From a virus (Duplodnaviria; Caudoviricetes), in IMG/VR virus record IMGVR_UViG_3300042566_000161, positions 1 to 42,331 of that record: DNA of 42,331 nucleotides; one strand, 5' to 3'. Positions within the stretch are counted from its first letter, which is position 1, and the number at the start of each line of letters is the position of its first letter. Below the pieces are notes generated by a model that saw nothing but the letters and a program-made list of their open reading frames with translations, had not been told where the DNA came from and searched no databases. Shown one piece after another: positions 24,295 through 34,572 of the stretch. The position numbers and the translations under genes are program-made.

Positions 24295-26844
24295 ATGGGC
24301 AAGGTCGGAGGCAATTACCCCGGCGTGTACTTCGGCGTCTCCGAGCAGGAGCCGCAGGATCGCAGGCCGGGACAGATGGGGCAGCAGGACAACCTGATGC
24401 CCGACCCGGTTCGTGGGCTGGTGCGCCGTAGGGCGACGAAGCACACGGACGAAATCTCACTCGGCGTCGGCGGGTCTTCGGACTGGCCGGTCGAAGCGCA
24501 GAGGATGCGCGAGTTTACCTTCGTGATCGACGGCGTCGAGTACAGTCTGCTCTACCGTAAGGAAGCATCGACTCTCGGTTCGCAGTTGTTCGCGTACCTG
24601 TTCAACAAAACCACCGGGCAGTTCATCCCGATCACCTACGAGAACTCGTCGTGGGTTGACAACCTGATTGCAGGCGGCGTATCTGCCGTGACGTGCGTTG
24701 GCCGGTATCTCTACATCGCCGGGAACACGACGATCCCGGTGGCGACGCAGACGCAGACGTGGGATGACTCCTCGAACAGAAGCAAGCTCGCTGCGTGGGT
24801 GCGCAGCGGTGCGTACTCTCGAAAGTACACGATCACGTTGGTGAAGACCGACGGCACGACGGTCGTGTCCAGCTACGAGACCAAGCCCAGCGCCTATCCC
24901 GAAGTGCTGGACACGAGCGACATCGCGTTTTACCTTCCGGGCACCACGGACCCCGATCCGGAATACCAGAAGAAGGTCAACGACCGTGTGAACGAGTACA
25001 ACGGTCTGGTCAACGAGTGGATCAAGCTCGCTGCCGACGACATCCAGCCGGAGAACATCGCGGCGAAGCTCGCGGAAGCACTGGCCACGGATCATGGCGT
25101 GGCTGCGTCGAGCGTGCGAGGGACTGTGGTCGTGGATGACGCGGGCTACATGGACATCCGCTGCGACGATGGCGCAGACGGTCAGACTTTCGTGGCAGTG
25201 GGTAAGGAGGTCAGCGACCCGGTGCGCGTGACCCGCGTACATTGGCACGGCAAGGTGGTGCGTGTCCGTCCGTCCGGTGCATCCGAGACGGAGGTCTACT
25301 ATCTGCGCGCCGTGGCAGAAACGGAGGGCGACACCGGCTTCACCAATGTGACGTGGTTCGAGTCCGCAGGCGTGGTCTCCTCCCCGACGCGCATGTTCGC
25401 GCAGATGCTCATCGACGGCAACAACGCCTACGTGGCACAAGACGGCGCTGGTCTGGAATCCATTGCCCCCACGACGGGCGAGCACCCGGACTATCGACCC
25501 AGCACGGTCGGCGACGGGCGATCCTCTCCGCTCCCGAACTTCATCGGCAAGCGCATCACCATGCTGTCTGTGTTCCAAGACCGGCTGCTGATCGGCACCG
25601 ACGGCATCGTAAACTGCTCACGGCCCGGGGACTACCTCAACTTCTTCCGAAAGACGGTGCTGACGATCAGCGACGACGATCCCGTCGAAATGTTCGCGCA
25701 GGGCAGCGAGGGCGACACCCTCCGCTCGGCTGTGCTTTACGACCGCGACCTCGTGATTTTCGGAGACCTAAAGCAGTACGCCATCAGCGGTAGGGCAATC
25801 CTGTCCGCGAAGGCCCCGAGCATCAGCGCCATCAGCGCGCACGAGCATAGTGCGGAGGCGCACCCGGTAGCGTCGGGCAACTTCGTCTTCCATGCCAAGT
25901 CGGCAGATGGGCGCACGTCGCTGCACCAGCTCCAGATCGGGAACCTCACGTCGGCCCCGGTAAGCTACGAGGTGTCCCAGCAGCTCGACTCGTACCTGTC
26001 CGGCTCTCCGGTGCAGCTCTGTGCGATCACTGCGCCGAACCTCGTGTGTTTCCGCACGCGAGACAACCCGCAGCATTTCTACCTGTACCGATACGTGGAC
26101 GACCAGTCCGGCGGTCAGCGGCAGGTGGATGCGTGGTTCCGGTTCCACTACCACGCCTCACTCGGCAGCATCATCGGCATCACGACCTACCGTGGCGACC
26201 TCTATATCTTCACCATGCGCCGCGCGTCGGCACCGGGCGGGGCATACTACGTCGTGGCGGACAGGCTGTCGCTGAACCCGACCAAGGATCAGCACCCGCA
26301 TCTGGACTCGTGGCGTGCTTACCCTGCAACGGATGGGTGGCATAGCGAAGCAATGGACCTGATGCACGCGGCAGTGTCTTTGCCGTCGGAGCGATACCTC
26401 CTCGGCACTACGGCAAGCCAAGTGTCGGACCTGATCGCACAGGAGCCGGGCATCGAGCCATACCTCAAGCTCGGCGTCGTGAGTCCTGGCCGTGTCGTGC
26501 CGACCAACCCGTACATGCTGGATCAGAACGGGCGGCCGATCCTCGGCGGGCGGCTCACGATCAACAACGTCGTGCTGTCTCTGGACGATAGCGCAGGCTT
26601 CGTGGCGTATCGCAAGCTGCGCGGAAACACCTCACTGGTCAAGCGATTCGAGGGCCGTACCATCGGCAACTCGGATAACCTGCTGGACACGCAACCCGTG
26701 TTCCGTGGTCAGGTCACTCTGCCGCTCGGCGGGGAGACGCGAGACCTCACGTACTGGATCGACACCGACTCGTGGATGCCTCTGCGCATCACGGGCATCG
26801 AGTGGACGGGCCAGTCCTTCTACCGTGTCAGGAGGGTTAGCTGA
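24295..26844 (+). CDS. Tail tubular protein B (T7 gp12-like nozzle)
   Basis: GVSEQ...R..GQ...Q.N..PDPVRGL.RR; FQDRL; S..GDY.NFFR.T....DDP. Confidence 0.93.
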   Translation: MGKVGGNYPGVYFGVSEQEPQDRRPGQMGQQDNLMPDPVRGLVRRRATKHTDEISLGVGGSSDWPVEAQRMREFTFVIDGVEYSLLYRKEASTLGSQLFAYLFNKTTGQFIPITYENSSWVDNLIAGGVSAVTCVGRYLYIAGNTTIPVATQTQTWDDSSNRSKLAAWVRSGAYSRKYTITLVKTDGTTVVSSYETKPSAYPEVLDTSDIAFYLPGTTDPDPEYQKKVNDRVNEYNGLVNEWIKLAADDIQPENIAAKLAEALATDHGVAASSVRGTVVVDDAGYMDIRCDDGADGQTFVAVGKEVSDPVRVTRVHWHGKVVRVRPSGASETEVYYLRAVAETEGDTGFTNVTWFESAGVVSSPTRMFAQMLIDGNNAYVAQDGAGLESIAPTTGEHPDYRPSTVGDGRSSPLPNFIGKRITMLSVFQDRLLIGTDGIVNCSRPGDYLNFFRKTVLTISDDDPVEMFAQGSEGDTLRSAVLYDRDLVIFGDLKQYAISGRAILSAKAPSISAISAHEHSAEAHPVASGNFVFHAKSADGRTSLHQLQIGNLTSAPVSYEVSQQLDSYLSGSPVQLCAITAPNLVCFRTRDNPQHFYLYRYVDDQSGGQRQVDAWFRFHYHASLGSIIGITTYRGDLYIFTMRRASAPGGAYYVVADRLSLNPTKDQHPHLDSWRAYPATDGWHSEAMDLMHAAVSLPSERYLLGTTASQVSDLIAQEPGIEPYLKLGVVSPGRVVPTNPYMLDQNGRPILGGRLTINNVVLSLDDSAGFVAYRKLRGNTSLVKRFEGRTIGNSDNLLDTQPVFRGQVTLPLGGETRDLTYWIDTDSWMPLRITGIEWTGQSFYRVRRVS

Positions 26845-27686
26845 TGGGAAGTGTCAATACCATCATGCAGTCCGGCAACATCCACCGGATTGCACGGGCG
26901 ACCTATGAGCAGCGGACACAGGAGCGCGTTGCCAACAACAAGCTCACCGCTGCGAAGCTGTCGCTCGCGGAGTTCTCGCGTACTCTGGCTAACCAGACGA
27001 GAATGCGGAACGCCGGTAAGGAATACAATGCTGCGACCACGCGGCTGTCGCACGAGCTGGAGCAGGCAGGCAAGGATCGGCTCAGCGTCCAGCTCCAGCA
27101 TGCGGAGGCATCCGGAGCGTTGCAGGTACAGGCAGCCATGGCAGGCGTCGGCGGCAGTAGCGTCGAGCTGATGGACAACCTGATCGACTTGCAGCGCGCT
27201 ACCATGGAGCAGGACCAGCAGCGCGCCATCGACATCATGTCCCGCTCGGGCCGCGAGGCAACCGCCACGCTGATCTCGAACGCGGCGGATTCGCTGAACC
27301 TGCAACAGAGCTTCGGCCAATTCGACTTCGCCAAAGACCTCGCTCCGAAGGAGCTGGAGCATAAGTGGCTCACGGTCATCGGCGTCGCGGTCGCCACGTA
27401 CTTCGGCGGTCCGCAGGCCGGTGAGGCTGCGGCAGACGCTGCTGTCGGCGAATGGAAAGCACGCAACGGCGATTTCGTTGGTGCTGGGCAGAGCTTCGGC
27501 GGCGCGCTCAAGGGCGCAATGGGTGCAATGGCAGACTGGAACGAGCGCGGCGGCAAGCCGTGGTTCGACGCCATCCGCGAGAAGGGCAGCAAGGATCGTG
27601 CGCTTGACAACAATGCCGAGAAGACCGGAACGAACGTCAAGGGCGTCAACAAAAACAAGTCCTACTTCAAGTGGGGAGGAGGTTAA
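26844..27686 (+). CDS. Internal virion (ejection) protein, gp14-like
   Basis: Position; AAMAGVGGSSV motif; hydrophobic C-terminal segment. Confidence 0.8.
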   Translation: MGSVNTIMQSGNIHRIARATYEQRTQERVANNKLTAAKLSLAEFSRTLANQTRMRNAGKEYNAATTRLSHELEQAGKDRLSVQLQHAEASGALQVQAAMAGVGGSSVELMDNLIDLQRATMEQDQQRAIDIMSRSGREATATLISNAADSLNLQQSFGQFDFAKDLAPKELEHKWLTVIGVAVATYFGGPQAGEAAADAAVGEWKARNGDFVGAGQSFGGALKGAMGAMADWNERGGKPWFDAIREKGSKDRALDNNAEKTGTNVKGVNKNKSYFKWGGG

Positions 27687-27689
27687 GCA

Positions 27690-29975
27690 ATGGCAATCGG
27701 TCCCGTGCAATTCGGCAGGGTACCGGGCGGCTCGGGTACGGTGGGCGCACAGTCCACCGGCCCGCAGGTGGGGATCGACGGTGGCGGCATCGTCAGTTCT
27801 CCAACGCTCGCAGGCAAGGACTTCTTCCGCGACGGAATGGACGCCTCGTGGGGCGAGGGCATCCCGGAGTTCCTCGGGGAAGTCTTCAAGCCGCAGCTCG
27901 ATCGCGCGAAGCAGCAGCGCATGTGGGAAGGTTTCGTCCGCGCGCGCGAGGGCGCGTCGATGGAAGAGATCAAGCAAGACTCGCCGTGGTTCTCTGGCGT
28001 GTTCGGTCCGACGGATTACGAAATGGGCGCGGCGCTTTACACCACGACCAAGACGATGGCGGACTACGAGGCGGACTTCATGCGTCGCCTGCCGGAACTG
28101 CGCGAGCAGACGGCGGAGGACATGGGCCGCGAGTTCAATCGGATGGCAGAGTCTCTGCGCACCGGCGACGAGTTCACGGACGCGCTCGTTCACAAGCAGA
28201 TGATGGATCGTGCCTCGACGATGATGGACCTGCACACAAAGCACCGTGTCGCGTGGCTCCAGTCCGAGCAGGTGCGGATGCAGGTGGAGTCCGTCGGGGC
28301 ATCCAGCGGGTCATACAACGAGACGGCTCGGCAGTACGCTCTACTCGGCAAGAACCGTCCGATGGAGCCGGAGGCTGCGGAAGCGCAGCAGGTTCTCAAG
28401 CTGCGGCTGCTGGACTCGATGCAGACCTCGCGATTCCAGACCAACGAATCCATCGAGGCGGTGTACGACTCGTCTATCCGTGGTATGGCAGATCGTGGCG
28501 AGTTCTACTCGATCCGAGTGCTGGAGGAGGCCGGGGTGTTCCGCTCCATGCCGCCCGATCAGGCCGTCAAGCTCCAGTCCTACGTCGAGGCGCAGCAGCG
28601 CCAGTACAAGAACCAGTGGGCCGCACAGCCGCAGGTGATCGAGTCGATTGCCCAGTTGCAGGCGCTCAAGAACTTCGGAATCGGCGGTCTCCCCGCAGCC
28701 AACATGGCGGAAGAGATCAACCGGATGTGGGCGTCGGATACCGGCGCATCCCTCCCGTTCTACACGGCCGAGGAGGTCGGCAATTTTGCTGGGCAAGGTG
28801 CCGAGAGCTACATCCGTCGTCGCGAACGTGCCGAGGATCGGGCACTCCAGCTCGCGGACAAGGCAGCCGACCAAGCGGCAAAGGATGCAGCCGAGGCGCG
28901 CAACGTGGCGCAGACCACGCAGGCGTGGCTTGCCGGTGGTATCGGCGAGACCCTGCTCAACAGCCCGGACAAGGCGAGCGTCGAGCGCATCAGTGCGCAG
29001 GCATTCCTCGACACGTACAAAGCAAGTCCCGAAGTCGCCATCGGCAGCATCGTGAACAACTGGTCGCACTCCCGTGGCGTCGTCGTTCCGCAGATCAAGG
29101 AGGAGTTGCAGCACCGCGTTGCCTCTGTTCTGGACGAGCAGATCAACGACGGCTTCCTCCAGCAGTACAGGGACTGGCAGATCATGGTCGGCTCCCGTGG
29201 CTACAAGCTGGAGAACGGCACGGTCACGAAGACGGACACGTCGGCAGGCCACGCCACCGCGCTGCAATACTACGGCCCGGAGCTGCACTCGCGCTTCCGC
29301 AACTACGAGCGCGCCGTCAACAGCAACGTGTCGCCCGACGTGGCGTACCGCATGGTGTTCGGTCAGGACGCACAAGAGCGGCGCGGTGATTTGCGCGGCA
29401 TCGACAGCGAGCAGACCAAGAAGAACGTGGAGGAGCTGCGCGCTGCCGTGTCGAAGCAGAGTGGCGGCTGGTTCAGTCGCACGTTCGGTAACAGTTTCAA
29501 GCTGCACCCGTCTACCGAGAACTTGCTCGCGACGCAGAGTGCGTACTTCTTCGAGCAGCTCAACGACCCGACCCTGCTCCCGGAAGACCGCGCTCGGCAG
29601 GCAGTCCTCGCCGCCCAGTCGAACGGTCTGGAGTTCGGCGGTTCCTTCGCGTGGGAGAATGGCCGGGGTCAACAGAGCATCCGCTCGTTCCTCCGCGCTG
29701 ACCGCGACGAAAGCGTGAACAACCTGATGGACCGCCTGATCCGACAGAAACTCAAGGACAGCGGCGGCGATGCCTCCGGCTCGGTGACGATCCTGCGGCT
29801 GCAAGACAAGAACGGCCCCGTGCTGCACATCCTCCAGTGGGGGGAAGACGGCGCGAAGGATGCAATCCTCACGGGCGAGGAAATCCGCGCGGGCTATCTC
29901 GACGACGCAGAGCGACAGACGCCCGGGCACTACAACTACAGCGACCCTTCCTTCAATCCCTACGACACACGATAA
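27690..29975 (+). CDS. Internal virion (ejection) protein, gp15-like
   Basis: 761-aa helical protein in the syntenic position. Confidence 0.8.
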   Translation: MAIGPVQFGRVPGGSGTVGAQSTGPQVGIDGGGIVSSPTLAGKDFFRDGMDASWGEGIPEFLGEVFKPQLDRAKQQRMWEGFVRAREGASMEEIKQDSPWFSGVFGPTDYEMGAALYTTTKTMADYEADFMRRLPELREQTAEDMGREFNRMAESLRTGDEFTDALVHKQMMDRASTMMDLHTKHRVAWLQSEQVRMQVESVGASSGSYNETARQYALLGKNRPMEPEAAEAQQVLKLRLLDSMQTSRFQTNESIEAVYDSSIRGMADRGEFYSIRVLEEAGVFRSMPPDQAVKLQSYVEAQQRQYKNQWAAQPQVIESIAQLQALKNFGIGGLPAANMAEEINRMWASDTGASLPFYTAEEVGNFAGQGAESYIRRRERAEDRALQLADKAADQAAKDAAEARNVAQTTQAWLAGGIGETLLNSPDKASVERISAQAFLDTYKASPEVAIGSIVNNWSHSRGVVVPQIKEELQHRVASVLDEQINDGFLQQYRDWQIMVGSRGYKLENGTVTKTDTSAGHATALQYYGPELHSRFRNYERAVNSNVSPDVAYRMVFGQDAQERRGDLRGIDSEQTKKNVEELRAAVSKQSGGWFSRTFGNSFKLHPSTENLLATQSAYFFEQLNDPTLLPEDRARQAVLAAQSNGLEFGGSFAWENGRGQQSIRSFLRADRDESVNNLMDRLIRQKLKDSGGDASGSVTILRLQDKNGPVLHILQWGEDGAKDAILTGEEIRAGYLDDAERQTPGHYNYSDPSFNPYDTR

Positions 29976-29987
29976 GGAGAAGCCGGT

Positions 29988-32900
29988 ATGGCACTCGATC
30001 TCAGCAACATGACGCAAGACCAGCAGTTCGCTGCTGCTGCCGCCTTTGCGGGGGTGCCTGCCGATGTGCTGCCCGGAATGTGGGCAGTCGAATCCGCGCG
30101 CGGAACCCGCATGCGGAGCGAAGCAGGTGCCCGTGGGCACTTCCAGACCATGCCCGACACTCAGGCGGTATGGGAAAAGCGCACCGGGCGCAGCTACAAC
30201 CCGGACGACTTCACGGATTCGTTGACGCTCGCTGCGTTGACGATGAAAGAGAACATGGCGCTCGCTGGTGGCGATGTGGATCGCGCACTGGCGATCTACC
30301 ACGGCGGCACGGACGAGCGCAACTGGGGTCCACGCACGCGGTCATATGCAGGTAAGGTGCGCGGCACCTCGCGTACCTCGGTCGGCGACACTCCGGTGCG
30401 TCGTGCGCAGGGTCAGGAGGCCATCGTTGCGCGCGAACCGTCGGTGCAGACCAACGTGCCGTGGGCCGATGCGTGGCGTGGTACGCCGTTTGCTGGACAG
30501 CACGATCTCCGCGAACTCGGTGACGGGAAGGCTCCGCGTCTGTCTGACTTCGAGCGCGGCGTAATCACTCGTGCCCGAGATCAGGTGGGCGCGCGCGCTG
30601 CCATCGTGGGGAATCCGTTTGCTGCCAACGAGGCGCTTACCGCACAGCGTTCGGTGGAGGCCAATCTCTCCGCAGCCGTGCAGGCTGCCATCGCGGACAT
30701 GAGCAATGGCGAGCGCCCGGACGGCGCAGCCACGGAAGCACAGCGCGCGGTGCAGAAGCGCGTGCAGGCGAGTATCGACGAAGAAACCTTCCGTCGCCAG
30801 TTGACCGGCGGCGATTACTTCGGCGCGGCGTTCAGTGGCAACCTCACCGCATCCCTGATGCGTAGCATGGAGTCCTTCAACGACGACAAGGGCTACGAGA
30901 ACGGTTGGCGCTACATGGATCACATCGACGAGATCGAGACGCCGGACCTCACGGCCCGTGAGCGGTCGTGGCTCCGCCAAGAGGCCCGCAGCATGGCCGA
31001 CGTGGCGCGGATCAAGGGGCTTATCAGCGACGACCGCCAGTCGCAGCGCATCCTCGGCACCCTCGGCCCGACTGGGCAGGTGTCCATGGCAATCGTCGGC
31101 GGCGTCACCGACCCGGTGGGCTGGGTTGCTACGCTCGGCGCAGGCAAGATCGCGCACACGCTCGGCGTCGGTACCCGTGCCTACGTGCAAGCCGGTCGTC
31201 CGGTTGCCGCGTTCGTGGCGTCAGGTGTAGAGGGTGCCACGGGTAACGTGCTGACTTCCGCAGCAGTGGACGCCATGGGCGAGTACCGCAGCAGCGGCGA
31301 CTACCTGCAAGACGCGGGCTTTGGCCTGCTGTTCGGTCACGGCTTCGGCATGCTGGACGCACGCGACGCGCGCATCACGCAGATTGCGAATGAGGTGGCG
31401 GCCGAAGGCGCTGCGCGCAAGGTGGCACTGGCCGCCCGGGCGCAGGAAGTCGCGGGTCCGGGCGCAACACCGACGCAGATCGCGAAGGTGATGGAGCAGC
31501 TCGATCTCGAAGACGACGCGCGCTGGTTGCAGGCCAACCTCGGCAACATTCCGGACGACGAGCGGCTGTTCGCGCGTTCCGACGTGGGCGAAAGGCCCGA
31601 AGCTCCGGAGGTCACGCAGCAGCGCGTGCCCGACGAGTTCACTTACCGCACCAAAGACGGGCGCGATCTCGTGCTTCGTGTAACGAAGGACGAAGTGGCC
31701 GGTACTCCGGTGCGCAAGATCAATGCAATCGACCCGGCAACTGGCGAGGTGGCTGTGGACTCTCTCGGCCGCCCTGTGGCAAACCTCATCTTCGGTGAGC
31801 CGGGGCAGGTCAGCGCCACCGCGCTCGGTGTCCGCGTCAGCCCGGAGTACCAGCGACAGGGCGTGGCGACGGCGCTCTACAAGATCGCGCGCGAGGAATA
31901 CGGCGCGGACCTCGGCGACGCCAAGACTGGCAAGTTCGCAAGCGGTGCAGTCAGCGCGCGCAGCGACGAGGGACAGGCGTTCCGCTTGGGCATGGACGAC
32001 AGCAAGGTCACGATCAGTCCGCGTACCATCGAAGTGAAGGGAGACCCTGAGCGCCTGCCGGTTAACTCGGTGTTCGCCAACAAGAAGGGCCGAGAAGCCC
32101 TCGCAAAACGCTACGACCTCGACAACCGTGTGCCGGATCGCGCCATGCGTAATCAGGTGGCGGAAGTCATCGGTCGTGCGGAGCGCATCCTCAAGGCCAA
32201 CAACATCGACAAGGCTCGCCTCAGCACCATCTTGGCGAAGGCCGACCTCGAAGCCACGTCCACGACGGTGCTGGGTTCGGAGTCTCCGGTGGCGCGCGCC
32301 GTCGGCGTGATGCTGATGGAGAACCCCGAGGGTGCCGCAGGTCGTCGCGCTACTGCGTCGCTGGATCGCTCCATGCGCTTCGAGCAGTACATCGGCACCG
32401 CGCTGCGCGACATCGACGAGCTGTTCTCCCTGTACTCGAAAGAGCTGGGCTTCTCGGCGGTGGGCAACGTGTTCTCTGCGCAGGCACGGCGGAAGTTCGA
32501 CCGAGAAGTTGCGGCCGAGCTGGACCGTCGCTGGAACAAGCAGACTGTGGACGGCATCCATCCGACGATCAAGGCTGCGGCCGACGTATACGACGCCGGA
32601 TACAAGCGCATGGGCATCGACCAGCAGCGTGCCGGTGTCATCGGCTCGGAGCGCATCGACCTGACCACGAGTGGCTACTTCCAGCGCCGCTGGAGCCTCG
32701 CGGCCATTCAGGACATGGTGCGCAACACCCCGAAGCGCACGGCCTTCCTCAACATGCTGCAAGACCAGTTCAAGGACGTGGCGAAGTTCTACGAGGGTGA
32801 CGACAACTTCGTCACCGCGCTGTCGATCAAGTACCTCCAGCGATTGGAGCACCGCGCTGCGGGCATGGTGGACCTCCCGGCCAACCTGTACTCCGACGAC

Positions 32901-34514
32901 AGTGCCGACATCCTGCGCGAAGCACTGCTCGCGCTGCGGCTTAACGAAGAAGAAGTGCAGAAAGTGGTGAGCCGGTACTCGCGCGGCGGAGCATCCCACA
33001 CCAAGGGTCGCATCGACATGGACCTCGGGCGCACGTACTCCGATGGTCAGGGCGGGCAGTTCACCGCGCTGGACTTCCTCGACACCAATCTGCCTGACCT
33101 GTACCGCAAGTACGCTGCCCGCACTGCGGGTGACGTGGCTCTAGCCAAGTTCGGCATCATGGGCGAGGCGGGCGGAAAGGTAGTGCGCGAGGCAATGCAG
33201 GTGACTGGTGCAAACGCGCGCGAGCTGCGTGCCTACGACCAGTTCATGTCCGAAATGCTGGGCAAGTCTTTCGGCACCGGCGACAGCAAGTACCTCCAGA
33301 ACGCTCGTCTCCTCACGGGTGCGACGAAGCTGGGCGGTGCGGTGTTCCCGCAGATCGGTGCATATGGCGACGCGCTCATCGCTGTCGGCCTGAACCACAC
33401 GCTGCGCTCCGTCGTCGGCATCCCGCGTCTGCACAAGGAGATTCGTGCGATGGCGGCGGGTAAGCGCGTCAGTAACCCGATTCTGGAAGGGCTGGAGACT
33501 CTCGGCCCGGACTTCGGCATGACGGACTACCGAATCTTCGGCATGTACGATGTGAACGACGTGACCGAGCTGTATGGTCGCGAGCAGATCGGCGTGTTCT
33601 CGCGCGCGATCCGCGCATCTGCCAACGGGGTTCGCATCGCTTCGGGGCACCGTGCACTCACGGCGGTGCAGACTCGCGGCATGGCCGAGCAAATCGTCCA
33701 GAAGGCATGGAAGTACATCCGTGAAGGCACCGAAGATCAGGCGCTGCGCGATATGGGCCTCAGCCCGGAGTTGCAGCGTAACCTGCGGGAGCTGATGGGC
33801 GACGTGGTGGAGTGGGATGCGGCGGGCAACCTCAAGGTGTTCGATCCGCGCAAGGTCCGCGAGGGCGGTGAGCAGGCGATGCTTGCGTTCCGCGACATCG
33901 TGTGGCGTGGTGCTTCGCAGATCATCCAGCGCGAGTTCCCCGGTGAGACCGGGAAGTGGGCGCACAGCGGTCTGCTCAAGGTGCTGTTCCAGTTCCGCAC
34001 GTTCTCGCTCGTGGCGCACCAGAAGCAGCTCGGTCGCAACATGGCCGTGCATGGCACGAGCAAGGCGTTGGCCTACATCCTCGGCGCGGCGTCCATCGCC
34101 GTTCCGGTGCATTTGGCCCGTGTCGCACTGCGCGCCTCGCTGCTCCCGGAGAGCGAGCGCGAGAAGATGATCGAAGAACAGACGAACCCTCTGGCCCTGT
34201 CGCGCGCCACCATGAACTACGTGGGTGGCCTCGGCATCCTGCCGGACGTGCTGGACGCGGGCGGCGGCGTGGCGGCGGGCTGGGCGGACACCATGGGTGC
34301 CGACATCCCGAAGCTGCTGCGCCCCACCGGTGGCCGCACGATGGCGAACTCGGAGCTACTGGGCGACCAGTTCGCCCCGGCGCTGGGAGTCGTCAACGAC
34401 GTGGCACAGGGCTTTGCCGGGAGGCCCGGGAAGTTGATCCGCTCCATCCCCGGTGCCAACCTGCCGTACATCCAGCCGTGGTGGCTGGCGGCAGAAGCTG
34501 AACTCAAGGATTGA
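29988..34514 (+). CDS. Large internal virion protein, gp16-like, with N-terminal lytic transglycosylase and internal GNAT domain
   Basis: VES...AGARGHFQTMP...ALAIYHGG (SLT); VSPEYQRQGVATALY (GNAT motif A); LFQFRTF C-terminal motif. Confidence 0.9.
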   Translation: MALDLSNMTQDQQFAAAAAFAGVPADVLPGMWAVESARGTRMRSEAGARGHFQTMPDTQAVWEKRTGRSYNPDDFTDSLTLAALTMKENMALAGGDVDRALAIYHGGTDERNWGPRTRSYAGKVRGTSRTSVGDTPVRRAQGQEAIVAREPSVQTNVPWADAWRGTPFAGQHDLRELGDGKAPRLSDFERGVITRARDQVGARAAIVGNPFAANEALTAQRSVEANLSAAVQAAIADMSNGERPDGAATEAQRAVQKRVQASIDEETFRRQLTGGDYFGAAFSGNLTASLMRSMESFNDDKGYENGWRYMDHIDEIETPDLTARERSWLRQEARSMADVARIKGLISDDRQSQRILGTLGPTGQVSMAIVGGVTDPVGWVATLGAGKIAHTLGVGTRAYVQAGRPVAAFVASGVEGATGNVLTSAAVDAMGEYRSSGDYLQDAGFGLLFGHGFGMLDARDARITQIANEVAAEGAARKVALAARAQEVAGPGATPTQIAKVMEQLDLEDDARWLQANLGNIPDDERLFARSDVGERPEAPEVTQQRVPDEFTYRTKDGRDLVLRVTKDEVAGTPVRKINAIDPATGEVAVDSLGRPVANLIFGEPGQVSATALGVRVSPEYQRQGVATALYKIAREEYGADLGDAKTGKFASGAVSARSDEGQAFRLGMDDSKVTISPRTIEVKGDPERLPVNSVFANKKGREALAKRYDLDNRVPDRAMRNQVAEVIGRAERILKANNIDKARLSTILAKADLEATSTTVLGSESPVARAVGVMLMENPEGAAGRRATASLDRSMRFEQYIGTALRDIDELFSLYSKELGFSAVGNVFSAQARRKFDREVAAELDRRWNKQTVDGIHPTIKAAADVYDAGYKRMGIDQQRAGVIGSERIDLTTSGYFQRRWSLAAIQDMVRNTPKRTAFLNMLQDQFKDVAKFYEGDDNFVTALSIKYLQRLEHRAAGMVDLPANLYSDDSADILREALLALRLNEEEVQKVVSRYSRGGASHTKGRIDMDLGRTYSDGQGGQFTALDFLDTNLPDLYRKYAARTAGDVALAKFGIMGEAGGKVVREAMQVTGANARELRAYDQFMSEMLGKSFGTGDSKYLQNARLLTGATKLGGAVFPQIGAYGDALIAVGLNHTLRSVVGIPRLHKEIRAMAAGKRVSNPILEGLETLGPDFGMTDYRIFGMYDVNDVTELYGREQIGVFSRAIRASANGVRIASGHRALTAVQTRGMAEQIVQKAWKYIREGTEDQALRDMGLSPELQRNLRELMGDVVEWDAAGNLKVFDPRKVREGGEQAMLAFRDIVWRGASQIIQREFPGETGKWAHSGLLKVLFQFRTFSLVAHQKQLGRNMAVHGTSKALAYILGAASIAVPVHLARVALRASLLPESEREKMIEEQTNPLALSRATMNYVGGLGILPDVLDAGGGVAAGWADTMGADIPKLLRPTGGRTMANSELLGDQFAPALGVVNDVAQGFAGRPGKLIRSIPGANLPYIQPWWLAAEAELKD

Positions 34515-34538
34515 CTCTGGTGGGCCAAGGACGGCCCT

Positions 34539-34554
34539 TTGAATCAGTACCATA
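34539..34554 (+). promoter_or_regulatory. Variant phage RNAP promoter ahead of the tail-fibre and lysis genes
   Basis: TTGAATCAGTACCATA, 14/16 match to the core motif; intergenic; preceded by a GGGCC/GGCCC mini-hairpin. Confidence 0.7.
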
Positions 34555-34572
34555 CAAGACATAGGAGGCGAC

